Under the pieces are notes generated by a model. The model was not told the DNA's origin. It saw nothing but the letters and a program-made list of their open reading frames with translations, and did no database searches. From assembly GCF_011386835.1 (NCBI RefSeq), contig NC_088794.1, positions 1,116,001 to 1,180,000 on the forward strand: a stretch of 64,000 nt of DNA, read 5' to 3'. The translations under genes were made by a program, and so were the position numbers. The stretch's first letter is position 1, and each line of letters begins with the position of its first letter. Shown piece after piece: positions 1-12,436 of this stretch. This DNA is from Chrysemys picta bellii. Its lineage: Eukaryota.

Positions 1-1431
1 AAAACTTTGGTCCCCAGTGCATCAGGGTTATTTTGTTTTGTTTTGTCAGGTTCTCTAATAATCATTTTGTTGTTGATTTTTGTTATTAATACATTTGTAT
101 TGTTAGTTACATTTGCTTGTATTATTAATTCCACACTTTCCTCTATGCACTCTGGTTCTATTTCCCCAAGCCCTGAAGGGTAGTTCTTCTGCAACATTTT
201 GGCAACTAAATGTTAGTTTAAGTCCAAATCAGCTTAACCTTGCATAACAACTGTGATACTCCTACAAAATCTTATTTGTTGTGTGTGCTTAAGAAGGTCC
301 TGACCTCAGTGACTTTTATTGTTTGATGGCTATTGCAGCATCAAACTTGGGCCTCATCTTGTTTGTCAATGTACCCAATGATTGTAATGGTAATGGTTTT
401 GTTGTATTTCCAATTATTATAATTATAATTGTTTGCATTTGTGTTTATGTTATATCTGGTGTTTAGTCAATTGTAATGGTTTTAGTTATATTCACCTGGT
501 TATAATTGTTTGGTTTGTTTGCAACAAATACAAAAAATTTATATGGTGACCACACAAGAATTGTTCTTGAGAGGTCAAAAGGGGGACAATGTAGATAAAT
601 CTCTAATAATTTTCATATGACTTTACATTGTGCCTCTTCATATAACCTTGTGGTGGGTCTACCCACGTGTGACCTCTGTTTTCATGGGACTTTGTATCAA
701 AGCCTCATTTAGAAACTTTGCATTGCCCTTGGTATAATATTATAGCCCCTAAGTATAGAATAAGATAGAAGAAAAATTTCTTTTTGCTAGCAGTAGAACA
801 AGAACTCTCCCCCCCCCCCCCCCCCGCTTAATCAATTGTCCTGTTGAATGAATGAGGTGTGGATGAACAAGGCATGGAAGGCAGCACCTCCAGACAGCCT
901 CAACTGTTGGAGAGGGGCTGGGAGCCAAACCCAAGGACAATAAAACGTGTCAAGTGGGCTCATTAAAGACAAGCAGACATACTGATGGCCTCGGGGGTTA
1001 GAAGCCATCACCTTCTTTTGGAAACACCCTCTTTGCAGCATTGGGACAACACTCAAAAGAAAGCAGCACAAAGGACCAATGGACACAGACACAGAGTTTG
1101 AATCTGGTCTAGATTTGCATAAGAGGAAAGCTGCTATAAAAGTGAGGTGTCTTGCAGAGGACCCCGGGTCTCGTCCTGTCAACATGGGAGCATCGATCCG
1201 GATCGGCAGAAGCCCGGCTCCACCTCCTCCCCCATCTAACTCACCTGGCCAGTGAAGTTAAGGGGAGCAACTAATTGGTAACAACAAGACGGAGTGTGTT
1301 TGTGTGTGTGTGTGAGTGTAATATATTATATGCATATGATACAGTGTTAATGAATACATGTATTACTAATAAATGTGGCGTTTTGTCTTATTCCCCCTGA
1401 AAAGGTCCTGTGCAGTACTTTAAGTACAACA
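1..1431 (+). mobile_element. 3' end of an ERV/LTR element: degraded internal sequence, polypurine tract and 3' LTR (590-1431)
   Basis: AAAAGGGGGACAA (577-589) directly precedes TGTAGA at 590. The LTR ends ...TACAACA at 1431 and contains TATAAA (1135) and AATAAA (1368). A near-identical solo copy lies inverted at 27763-28657. Confidence 0.75.
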
Positions 1432-2156
1432 TCCGTCCTGGGAGAGGCCAGCGGGCGTCACCGGGAAACCACCCACCCGTGGGCACAGGCCCTATCACCT
1501 GGCCTGCACTCAGAGCCCTGGGGAACCAAGACGTTCAGCCGCCATCAGCCAGGCTACGCGACGGGCGTAAACCAAGCGGTATCGATAACCGAGCTCGCAG
1601 CAGCTCCAAGGGCCAAGGCTTGATGCCCAGCGTTGGCCACGGTAGCAAGAGGAAGATGAAGCACATGCTGCCCACGGGATGCTCCACAGTGGCAAAGGAC
1701 TCGAGGTGCTCCCTAGTGTGCCGAGATCGCGCGCAAGGTAACTGTGGCGCGAGCCGCTCGGCTTGCTAGCAGGGTGACCAACCCAAAGGCCAGCCTGTGC
1801 AGCGCGGAAAACGAATCCATTGGCCCCTCCTTTGTGTCACTGGGTTTAATGAAATACAAACCTGCCCCCTTGAGTCTCCTGCCTGCAAGCTGCTTTCCTG
1901 CTAGACCGCAAGGCCGGGCTTTGGCCACGGAGGCTCCCAAAGAACAGCGGCCGCCCACAGCGCGTCTCCGCTGTCGCTCCACAAGCGCTGTGACAACGAT
2001 GGGAATTCTAGTGATATGTTCGTGGGGCCTGTGCACGCCTCTGGGCTTCGTCCCGCTGTGCGAGGAGGGCAAAGGACTGAGTGGGACGAACTGGGAATCT
2101 TCTATAGCTTTTTTTTTTTTAAGTCTGCTGCGTGCCTCAGTTTCCCCCTATATATT

Positions 2157-2285
2157 GCATCCGAAGAAGTGAAGTTTTTACTCACGAAAGCTTAGGCCCA
2201 AATAAATCTGTTAGTCTTTAAGGTGCCACCAGACTCCTTGTTGTTTTTGTAGATACAGACTAACACGGCTACCCCCTGATACATG
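2157..2285 (+). mobile_element. Penelope-like element terminal fragment with degenerate hammerhead-ribozyme-like motif
   Basis: gcatCCGAAGA-agtga..ctcac-GAAAgctta followed by gttagtctttaaggtgccacc; the same terminal motif occurs at ~3990-4070 and 56440-56560. Confidence 0.65.
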
Positions 2286-3984
2286 GGGGGAAGGACAGTT
2301 TGCTCGCAGGGCAGGGTGTGTGTGTCGCCTCGCTGTCTGAGCCTGGTCTCTTGTGCCCTCACACTGGCTTTCTTTGGCCAGCCCCTGGTCAGGACGGTTC
2401 TTGGCCCCTGGCCCCTAGGGAAGCTTCAGTCCCATGGGGGTGGGGCTGTGTTTCCGGAGGCAGCCGGGGCAGGGGTGTTTCCCCATCGCTGTCCCAGGCC
2501 TTTCTGCCTCCCCCCGTTGTTGATCTCTCCTCTTACCCCCGTGCGTTGCAGCGGTGGGTGCCTGCCTCCGTGACTGGCTGCTGGGGGCCGGGGGGAGGCT
2601 CCCCTCCCACGGCTGCCGCGGCTCCGAGTGCGGTTTGCAGCCCCCGTTCCAGCCGCAGGGGGTCACTGAAGGACTGGCCCGGGCGACCCTGCCAGCGTGG
2701 GCACAGGGAGAGGCTATAATGGTGCTTGCTGAAGCGTGGCCGGGCTCTGGGCCCCCCGGGACCCCTGGGCTGGGTGTGTCCCGGCCAGCAGCCAGGGCCG
2801 GGCTCAGTGGACTGGCCGGGCAGGGCTCGGAGTTACTGCAGACGCGTCTCTCCCAGGCGTCCGGCCGCGGGGGCTGGTCCAGGCACTCAGGGTCCAGCTG
2901 CTGGCTGTGTTTGGGGTCGGGAAGGAATTTCCCCCGGTCAGGCTGGCCAAGGCCTGGGGGGTGTTTTCTTCCAGCGTGGGGCGGGGTCACTCGCAGTCTA
3001 CAGCGAGTGTCCGTGGGGGAGTCTCTCTCACTGTCTGTAACCCAGGATGTGGGGGCGTCCGTGACTCAGCCAGAGGTTGGGGGTCTGTCACCGGGGTGGG
3101 GGGGAGGTTCTGGGGCAGGAGGTCAGACGAGAACATGATGGTCTGGGGGAGGTGGGGAGGCTGCGTGGTCGACCCTGGAGGAAGGGTGGGACCCACTGGG
3201 GTCTGGTTCACTGATGGGGCCCTGCTAGAGATGGTGCGAGAGCAGAACCCGGGGGTGGGGGGCGACACTTCGGGCCCTCGTGCCACCCACTTTTCGGCAG
3301 CTTTCATTGCTCCTGGGTCTGGCGTGGCTGGATTCACTGCCTGGAGCCCCAGAGAGAGATGGGGGTCGCTGGTGCCCAAGGCCCAGTCTGGGGGTCCCCA
3401 GGCCTGCCCCAGGGAGCTGGGTGGGTCCTTGGGGCCCGACCTGCTTAGGGTCACCGTAAGGGACTGGTCACAGGCTGGGCATAGGCCAGACCCTGGGCTC
3501 CGGGACACCCGCCTGCGAGTGGTGCGGTGACGCCGAGACAGAGGAGCCGGGTCCTGGTGCCGGCGTTTTCCTGCCCAGCTGGAGCCAAACCTCCACCACA
3601 GGCAACTGCCGCTGAGGGCATCTGGGCCAGGGCAGAGTCCCCCCGGGGCGTCCCACGGACTGACCCTGCGGCCGCAAGCCCTGCCCCCTCGCCCCACCCT
3701 GCCCCCACCTTGCCTTGGCTGTGTTCCTGGCGCTGCCGGGGGGTGTCCTGTTTCTCTGGGGGCAGGGGAGGGAGCAGGGAAAGGATGGCTGGGCAGAGAT
3801 CAAGGGATGCCGGTCTGTTACCAGGGAAACATCCTCAGGGAGCGGACACCATACTAGGAGGGACTGGTCTGGGAGCAGGGATTATAAATACTGTCGACCT
3901 GGAGGTAATTAAGAATAAGTTAAGTTCCTTGTCACAACTGCAAGATCGTCTCATTCACAAGCAGGCAGATAACACTGTGGATTA

Positions 3985-4862
3985 GTAGCAGAGGGGCCTG
4001 TGGCACCTTTGAGACTAACAGAAGTATTGGAGCAGAAGCTTTCGTGGGTGAATGCCCCCTTCGTCAGACGCAAGTAATGGAAATCTCCAGAGGCAGGTAT
4101 ATATCAGTGTGGAGATAACGAGGTTAGTTCAATCAGGGAGGGTGAGGTGCTTTGCTAGCAGTTGAGGTGTGAACACCAAGGGAGGAGAAACTGTTTCTGT
4201 AGTTGGCTAGCCATTCACAGTCTTTGTTTAATCCTGATCTGATGGTGTCAAATTTGCAAATGAACTGGAGCTCAGCAGTTTCTCTTTGGAGTCTGGTCCT
4301 GAAGTTTTTTTGCTGTAAGATGGCTACCTTTACATCTGCTATTGTGTGGCCAGGGAGGTTGAAGTGTTCTTCTACAGGTTTTTGTATATTGCCATTCCTG
4401 ATATCTGACTTGTGTCCATTTATCCTCTTGCGTAGTGACTGTCCAGTTTGGCCAATGTACATAGAAGAGGGGCATTGCTGGCACATGATGGCATATATAA
4501 CATTGGTGGACGTGCAGGTGAATGAACCAGTGATGTTGTAGCTGATCTGGTTAGGTCCTGTGATGGTGTTGCTGGTGTAGATATGTGGGCAGAGTTGGCA
4601 TCGAGGTTTGTTGCATGGGTTGGTTCCTGAGTTAGAGTTGTTATGGTGCGATGCGTGGTTGCTGGTGAGAATATGCTTAAGGTTGGCAGGTTGTCTGTGG
4701 GCGAGGACTGGCCTGCCTCCCAAGGTCTGTGAAAGTGAGGGATCATTGTCCAGGATGGGTTGTAGATCACTGATGATGCGTTGGGGAGGTTTAAACTGAG
4801 GACTGTAGGTGATGGTCAGTGGAGTTCTGTTGGTTTCTTTCTTGGGCTTGTCTTGCAGCAGG
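3985..4862 (-). mobile_element. 5'-truncated Penelope-like retroelement, GIY-YIG endonuclease C-terminal part
   Basis: ORF 4133-4723: NVIYAIMCQQC..MYIGQTGQSLRKRINGHKSDI..HFN..ELQFICKFDT..GLN, the Penelope-type GIY-YIG with extra Cys/His; terminal repeat motif at 3990-4070. Confidence 0.9.
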
Positions 4863-5489
4863 ATTAGGATTGTGGATTAGGTACAAATAGGTCTGGGAAA
4901 TCCAAAAGCAACATGGAATATGTGGTGGTGGTTGAGCACCACCTCCTGGCTGCTGTATGAACAACAAAGAGAATTAGGGAATAAAACTGCCTTGGCCATA
5001 GGACGTACTGAGATGCAAATTTTTAGTTTAGCATCCCTGGAGCACGTTTTGGGTGATATCTGGGAATGTTCTGGTATTAATACATCTTTTAAAACAACAA
5101 AAGTTACAGAAAATCCGACGTTTACTCTAGTTCAAACCTGCCAGTGGCCCGGGCCCCAGGCTGCAGGGGAAGGTGAAACCCCCCCAGGGTCTCAGCTAGT
5201 CTGACCTGGGGGGAAATTCCTTCCTGACCCCAAATACAGCGATCAGTTAGACCTTGAGCGTGCGGGTGAGACCCACCAGCCGGACGCCTGGGACAGAATT
5301 CCCTGTAGTAACTCAGAGCCCTCCCCATCTAGTGCCCCATCCCCGGCCATCCGAGATCTCTGCTGCGAGCAGTCGTGGATTGGCCACACGGCATCGTAGG
5401 CAGTCCCATCATCCCCTCCCCTCCACACACTTATCAGCGCCGGCTTGAAGCCAGTCAGGGGTTTTACCCCCACTGTTCCCCTTGGGAGG

Positions 5490-7027
5490 CTGGAACGATG
5501 CTGCCTTTGGCGGGACTCAACTGAGAGTGTCAATTCAGGACAAATTGCTCAGAGCAGGGCAGTCACAGCCCATAGCTGGGGGTCCTTTGCACACCAAGGA
5601 AACCAAACCAGCCAGACTAAGAGGACTTCGGTCTCACCCCACTGGCTAACCGCAAGTCTCACAAGCAATCTCCTTAGACACTCCAGTTTCCCAGTATTAC
5701 CACCAGTACCACTCGTTATGGGGACGAATGGTTATGAAAACCAATACCCCAGTAAAAGAAAAGAGTTCTCCTGATCCTAAAGGACCAAGCCCCAGACCCA
5801 GGTCAATATACAAGTCAGATCTTACCCACAAATCACGCTACTGCCAATCCTTTAGAATCTAAAACCTAAAGGTTTATTCATAAAAGGAAAAAGATAGAGA
5901 TGAGAGTTAGAATTGGTTAAATGGAATCAATTACATACAGTAATGGCAAAGTTCTTGGTTCAGGCTTGCAGCAGCGATAGAATAAACTGCAGGTTCAAAT
6001 CAAGTCTCTGGAATACATCCCCCGCTGGGATGGGTCCTCAGTCCTTTGTTCAAAGCTTCAGTTTGTAGCAAAGTCCCTCCAGAGGTAAGAAGCAGGATTG
6101 AAGACAAAATGGAGGGTGGTTTCTAGGGCCTTTTATATCCTCTGCCATGTGGCTTGTGCTTCCTTTGTCCCAAGGACAAGCCACCCAGCACATGGCCTGG
6201 AAAAATCTCCAAGTCTGTCCCTAGGCAGGTCCCAGCCTTGCTGAGTGTCACGGAGTGTGGGGGAGTCAGGGCCCTGCACCCCTCTTCCTGAGATTCACTG
6301 TGACTCTCAACCAGCCAGTAAAGCAGAAGGTTTATTTAAGGACAGGAACACAGTCTCAAGCAGAGCGTGTAGGTACGACCAGACCCCCTCAATTAGGTCC
6401 CTCTGGGAGGTTCAGGGAGCTTAGACCCCAGCTTGGGGTTCCCTGCGTTGCACCACCCAGCCCAACCTGAAACCAAACCAAAACTCCTCCTGCCGCTCCT
6501 CTCTTCCCCCTCCCCCCAGCTCCTCCTCTCCTTTGTTCGGTCTCCCGGGCAGAAGGTGTTAATTCTCCCCACCCCCATTCCTGGCTCAGGTTACAGCTCA
6601 GGTAGCTTCCTTCAAGGGAAGTCCCACATCCCCACTGCAACCCCCCTGCAACATTCCCAGGTCAAATCTGCCCCGCTCCCTGCTCCGTCACACTGAGTCA
6701 CCAGGTGTATCTGCTTCTCTCAATGGGTCAGTTGTAGCTGATGGTCCTTAATGGGCCATCAAGCAGGCTAGGCAGAGCTAACACAAACTTGTCTGGGGTG
6801 TCTCCCAGAAGCAGAGCACAAGTTTGAAATACAGACAGTACAGAGCCAATATTCATAACTTCAACTACAACATTGATACACACACAGATAGCAAAATCAT
6901 AACCAGCAAACCATAACCTTGTCCTAGACACTTTATTTAACCCCTCTTAATACAAGATTTGGTGCCACTACAGGACCTTGGTTGCAACAATGATTGATAC
7001 GGTCCCAGTTTGTGTTAATAACGTCAC
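5490..7027. mobile_element. LTR-like repeat (family A), interrupted by a younger solo LTR at 6246-6692
   Basis: Shares long blocks with 15551-17790; ends ...AACGTCACA. Confidence 0.6.
6246..6692. mobile_element. Solo LTR (TGTCACGG...CCGTCACA) with 5-bp TSD CTGAG
   Basis: TG..CA termini; CTGAG on both sides; the empty site is visible in the family-A copy near 17680 (gccttgctgagtcacc). Confidence 0.8.
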
Positions 7028-7295
7028 ACCCTCCTGATCGTGAAGAAAAGTTTGAAAACCTGACCCGAGCGCCCCGTAAACGTTCGGAACCAACATTTAT
7101 TATTGCTTAAAACCTCATGATTTCTACGCCAATCACATGGTTTTGGGGTCAAATTGGGAGTGGGGAAGGGAAGGCCAGAGGCGCTGAGCACCCGAAGGAG
7201 AAATGTGGACCCGTGGTTAGGGGAGGGGACGGGGCTCTGGTTCCCCCGGCCCTGGGGACCGTTCCCTAGCGCCTGCTCCTGGCAGATCCTGCTGC

Positions 7296-7741
7296 TCAGA
7301 TGGCCCAGGCCTGGTACTTTTCCTTTATCTCCTTGATCTGCAGCAGCAGATAATTCTTCCATGGATCCCGCACCACTGCCCCACCTCCCCGAAATGGTCC
7401 TCTCCACAGGGCCGCCCGGTTCTCCGTGTACACCACCACGTAGACCACCCCCACCCTGGGGGGCTCTCGTTCAGGCACTTGTGACGGTCCCTGTATCGGT
7501 CGATCAGGCGCTGCTCGCTGAACCTCGCCAGGTGTCTGGCTGTCACCTGGGAGTAGTAGACGGTGTCTTTGAGGAAGAGATTCTTGAGTTCTGTCCACTC
7601 CTCCGACTTGGGCCCCGTGCGTCGGAGATAGGAGGACACCGTTTCAGTGTAGCCAATGTAGAAATACTTTGTATGGCTCCTGGAGACCTCCTGGATCTTC
7701 TCCTCCAGCTGTTCACACGACAGCTCCCAAACCGGCACCAT
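7296..7741 (-). CDS. Small single-coding-exon protein (~148 aa), GIY-YIG nuclease-like with apparent circular permutation; one 1-bp frameshift in a homopolymer near 7450-7465
   Basis: ORF 7325-7741 (MVPVWELS..KYFYIGYTE..LRR..SEQRLIDRY..KCLNESPPG) continues in the adjacent frame as GVVYVVVYTENR..KEKYQAWAI* (ORF 7296-7598). ATG in good context (aggATGg), acceptor at 7807, AATAAA on - strand at 7096-7101. Confidence 0.6.
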
Positions 7742-8591
7742 CCTCCGGCTCCTTTGGCCACGCCGAGCTCAGCCCCAGGGCCACAGCCTGCGTCCGTCCT
7801 GGTGATCTGCACGGGAGAGACACATCCCCTCTCAGCCAGGGCTCAGACAGACAGACAGACAGACTGAGCCCCCCTCGGCAAGAGCCCCCCCTGCCAGGCG
7901 GGACAGGATCCTGGGGGCATATCCAGCAGGAGCGGTAGGGATGGGGCATCAGGGAGCCCAGCGCTGGATCCTGCCTCCGGCGTCATACTGACAGACTGGA
8001 CGGGGCTCAGGGAAGGGCCACAGGAAGGATACGAGGGCCGGAAAACCCGCCTGGCAGCCCGAGGCCGAAGGAGCTTGGACGTGGAGCGGGAGGGAGGGTG
8101 AGAAATGACTCGTTCCGGCTCTAGAAGTAGCTCCACAGGAAGAGATTTCCGAGAGCCGGGGGCTCCTCCCCCAGCCGACAGTGGCAGAGTGAGGGCCCAG
8201 GCTGGGGGCTGGCGCCAGACGCGTTCACACGGGGAAAAAGGCGCCAATGTTCAGTGGGGCGGGGACTAGCCAGGGGCCGGCTTGCTGGGGCTGGGCGGAG
8301 GCTCCCTCCCTCGCCAGCTCAGGAAGCGCCGCTCGAGCTCAGCCGGGAGCGATGGGGCCGGGGCAGGAATCGCCGGGGAGAGTCTCCGGCCTGGGTCACA
8401 CAGGAGCTCAGACGGGGTGGGCACCACGGGCCCTGCTGGCCCTGGCGTCTCTGAAACTCCAGTCTCTGCCCAGGACAAACCCCCAGGACAAACCCCCAGC
8501 TCTCCCCTCCCCGTGCCCCGACCCAGCTCCCCCCACCCCAGGGACCCCTGGCAGCCCCCGGCTCTGACCCCCGCCCCCTGCCCGGACTCAC

Positions 8592-8718
8592 CCAGCCGCG
8601 GGAGGAGCCGTGTTAACGCCGTGACCCGTTCCCTGCTCTGCATCGCTGCTCCCAGCGCCCGGCTTTAAACCACATCGGGCCCCGCCCCGCAGGGGAATCT
8701 CAGCTGCATTTCCTGAAA
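8592..8718 (-). promoter_or_regulatory. Putative promoter and first exon of the 7296-7741 gene
   Basis: On the - strand, in order: TT-N5-AA STAT-like (8709-8718), kB-like GGGGAATCTC (8692-8701, one mismatch), GC box (8681-8690), TTTAAA (8664-8669), then a GTGAGT donor at 8591. Confidence 0.35.
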
Positions 8719-9769
8719 GTTACCCAATGCAGCCCAGCTGGGCGGCCCCTGTTCCTCTCCGGGAACCACCGACTCCGGCAGCAAGCCCAGCACGCCAGGG
8801 ACTCAGCGCCCGCTTTGACCCCACGCACAAGCGGATCCGCTGGCTGCTAGCGGAAACCAAACCCACCCACCGGGGAACGGGCCAGAAACCGTTCCCAGAT
8901 GGGGTGAGTGGGAACCGCTGTTGTGTGTCAATGGGGCCAGACTCCCAGCTGGGGCCCGGAGCTGGGAGCTGAGCCAGCCCAGGGGAGAGGACCCGTGGGG
9001 TAATAACGGGGCCTACGAATGCCCCGTCGGCGAGCATGCAGTGTGAGATGTGGGAGCTCGGAGAGCGGCCTGGACACCTCGCATGGCTCGGTGCAAAGGG
9101 GACAGCGGGGGGCTGAATCCGTGCAGGCAGAGAGAACACAAGGGCCGTGTGGGGATCGGCCTGGTGAACAGGTGACGTGGGGGGCCGGAAATCAGTGACC
9201 CCGATGGGGTGTGAGAAATTGGGTCTAATTGGTGCAGAGGTAAGGGGAGGGGGGGAGCTGGGCATCGCTCCATTCCGGGGTCCCCAGACAGAGACTTGGG
9301 GGGCGGGGGGAGGTGACAACAGAACTCAAGGGCTGGTGGCGGGAAGACGGGGAAGGAGCGAGCGCTGCCCCCCCGACCCCGCCGTCTCCTGGGACTCTGG
9401 GATCCCCTGTCACATCCCTGGGCCTTCGTCGTCCTGATCCTGAGACGTCCCGACCAGCCCAGGCCAGAGCGCAGCCCCACCCCGACAGCAGCGGCTCCTC
9501 CACTGGCTCCCAAACAGGGCTGGGGACGGGAGAATTTGTCACACCTCCCCCACATCCTTTTCCTTCCCATCTTCTTTCCCTCTCCTGACCCTCTCCTGGG
9601 GCTCCCCAGGGCTTGGGGGGGCTGGACAGACGGGAAGCCGGGCCTGTGTCTCCAGCAGACAGGGTGCAGGCAAGTGACCGGCAGAGCCAGACACTGCGTT
9701 TGCTGGCTGGGCTACTCGCCTCTCTCCCTGGCGCGTCCCTCCCCCCTGCTAGGAAAGGGGGTCGGACCC

Positions 9770-10587
9770 TGTCAGGGGTCCCTCCCCCACCCTGAACTCT
9801 GGGGTATAGATGTGGGGACCCACATGAAAGACCCCCTAAGCTTATTTCTACCAGTTTAGGTTAAAACTTCCCCAAGGCACAAATTCCTTCCTTGCCCTTG
9901 GACGGTATTGCTGCCACCAACAAGTGATTTACACAAAAATTCAGGGAAGGGTCACTTGGAATCCCTATCCCCCCAAAATATCCCCCCAGCCCATTCACCC
10001 CCTTTCCTGGGGGGGCTTGAGAATAATATACCAACCAATTGCCTTAGCAATGTGAGCATGGACCAAACCCCTTGGTTTTTAGGACACTGAAAATCAATCA
10101 GGTTCTTAAAAGAAGAATTTTATTTATAAAAAAAAAAAGTAGAAGAATCACACCTGCAAAATCAGGCTGGAAAGTAACTTTACAGGTTAAATAAAAAGAT
10201 TTAAAACACAGAGGATTCCCCTCTGGTTCAGCTTCCCAGTTACAAAACAGGAATGAAATTACCTCTTAGCATAGGGAAAATTCACAAGCTAAAACAAAAG
10301 ATAATCTAGCGCCTTTCCTTGCCCTTACCTACAATTTTTGTAATCTTAGATGACTCATTTCTGGTATGTTTTCAGGAGATGTTTTACCTGCCTGGTCTCT
10401 CTCTCTGTCCAGAGAGGGAACAAACAACTCCCCCACCCCAGATTGGAAAGTATCCTCTTTCCTCATTGGCCTTTCTGGTCAGGTGCCAACCAGGTGATTT
10501 TAGCTTCTTAACCCCTTAGGGGTAAGGCGATTCAGTACAGCTGCCAAGGAGGGATTTTATGTTACCCTTATCCCTATGTTTATCACA
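9770..10587. mobile_element. Solo LTR with 5-bp TSD GACCC
   Basis: TGTCA...TCACA termini; GACCC at 9765-9769 and 10588-10592; AT-rich island in GC-rich DNA. Confidence 0.8.
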
Positions 10588-11722
10588 GACCCCCACAGTT
10601 GCAGCCCCACTGTGCCCCCATCTTCGCCAGACCCCAAAAGGCTGGATCTCGCCCTTCCAGTGACCAGCCCCGACCCACGGTCCATCCCCGACCTCTCTCC
10701 GGTACCGGGCCCCGGGGATGCTGGGACAGTGGCAGCCTGGCTCAACGCTTGGCATTTGCACGGCTCGGCCGGGCTGCCCTTGTGCTCTGTGTCACGCAGG
10801 AGCCGCGGGCGCCCAGCGCTGAGCCGGCCGAGGGCTCTGGATCCCGAACCCGACCGTGTGTCGGGCCGGGGACGTGTCGCACTGACACCTCTCGCTCTTC
10901 CAGCACAATTCACACGATAGCCCCGGGGTCCCTGCTGCCCCGCGTGGGGCAGCATCGCTCTGGGGCGCCCTTGCCCGGCTCTTCGGCCTGACGGGCAGCC
11001 TGCGGGGGGAGGGGGTTGGGAGCTGCCCAGCTGAGGGGGAGCCGCAAACCCGGCACCCGCAGAGCCTGGCGGCAGGGAGGGCGAGGGGCCGGGGCTTGCC
11101 CCCAGCTCTGGCTTGTCCCCGAACGCACCCTCCCCTGGTGGGCCCCGGGAGCGACGGATCCGCTGCTTCCCCGCAGCAGGGTGGAGGGTGGGTCCAGCGA
11201 CCAGAGCCAGGCGCGCCCGGAGCCCGTGCAGTGCCGTGCCGCGAGCAAACCGCCCGAGAAACAAGCGGCCCTGGCTGGCGTGAACCGGCTGTCCCAGCTC
11301 CAGGCCGCTGCTCCTGTGTCGCCCCTCAGGGGTCAGGTGAACCGGGATCCGGAAGAAAGGCCTAAACTTGGGGGTTTGCTCCCCAGGTCCTTTCTCTGTC
11401 TGGGGGTCTCTGGAGGAGCCGGCGGGGACCAGGAGACGCATGTCTGCCCCGGGGGCTGCCAAGGCTGAGAACTGAGACGTTCATTAGAGAAGGGCCGTAC
11501 AGTTCCCCAGGGACACAGACACAGTCGCACTTGTAAGGGGTTCACCTCGTTCAGTCCTTCCCCAGGGTTCCTCAGGGTGCCCCAGGCTCTCGCCCGCCCA
11601 TCCCAGGGCTCCACGCAGCGTCTCACCCCTCCCGGCCCCTCACCAGCTGCATTGCCACCCGGCAGGAGCACGGGTTACTTCACAGGCATCTCTGCAGCCA
11701 GCCCAGAGTTTCTGCTCCACGT

Positions 11723-12264
11723 TGTTAGAGCAACAGGTCAACTATTTTCTTATAAGCCCAGCTGTCATATCAGGAGCAACGGCTGTCTCTGCAAAATACC
11801 CGCTGCAGCCCTCTGTGCAGCAAGATTATGCGATAAGACAAGGTGGCCAAACCACCAGCCTAGGTGAGACAGACAGACACTGCTATTTTAGTCTAACATA
11901 TGCCTCAGAGAGGAGTGCAGGGGGGAGAGAAGGGGGGTGCTAAGGAAAGAGGTGATAAGTTCAAGTAAAATGTTAAACCGCATCCTGTTATGTATCCATC
12001 CCCTTGCCCCTCTCTCAATCTGCATACAATGCCCTTTGAAAAGTTCCTTCCGCATACACGTATCAGGTATGCATGCTAAGTTGTTTGTTGCTAGGTATAA
12101 AAAGGCTGCTCTGTACTTGTAAGGGGCTCTCTCTCTGGCATTAGCCGAGGAGAGCACCCACTCAGCTGACTGGTCAATAAAAACTTAAAGCCGTCTTCTA
12201 GACTCCCGTGCCTCCTTGGGGTAATTGGGCAGCTCCAGGGGGAAACGAGCCCATTTGGCTAACA
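11723..12264 (+). mobile_element. Solo LTR (TGTTAG...CTAACA)
   Basis: 6-bp inverted termini, internal TATAAAA (~12096) and AATAAA (~12177); no clean TSD seen. Confidence 0.6.
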
Positions 12265-12436
12265 GTACCTTCTGCATGTCCATTCTGCGTGAGGGAGAGG
12301 GTACAGGGGTCTCTGCAGGGAACTGTGACTCTACGGCACTGTGAGGCGGGCTGGGCGCCTTGTTATTCCTTCTGCCTTGTCCCTCCGCCCCCGCCCCCGC
12401 CGGGCTGCAAGGTCAGGCTGCCATCGGGCATAGAGG

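Noticed and set aside
1432-2140. CpG-rich segment with 119-142-aa ORFs and a possible donor at ~1738
   Set aside because: No recognisable domain or consistent exon chain.
2300-3830. 264-aa and 236-aa ORFs
   Set aside because: Low-complexity G/P/A/R composition on both strands with no motif.
10557-11462. 301-aa ORF
   Set aside because: GC-driven open frame whose end runs into a solo LTR; no domain.
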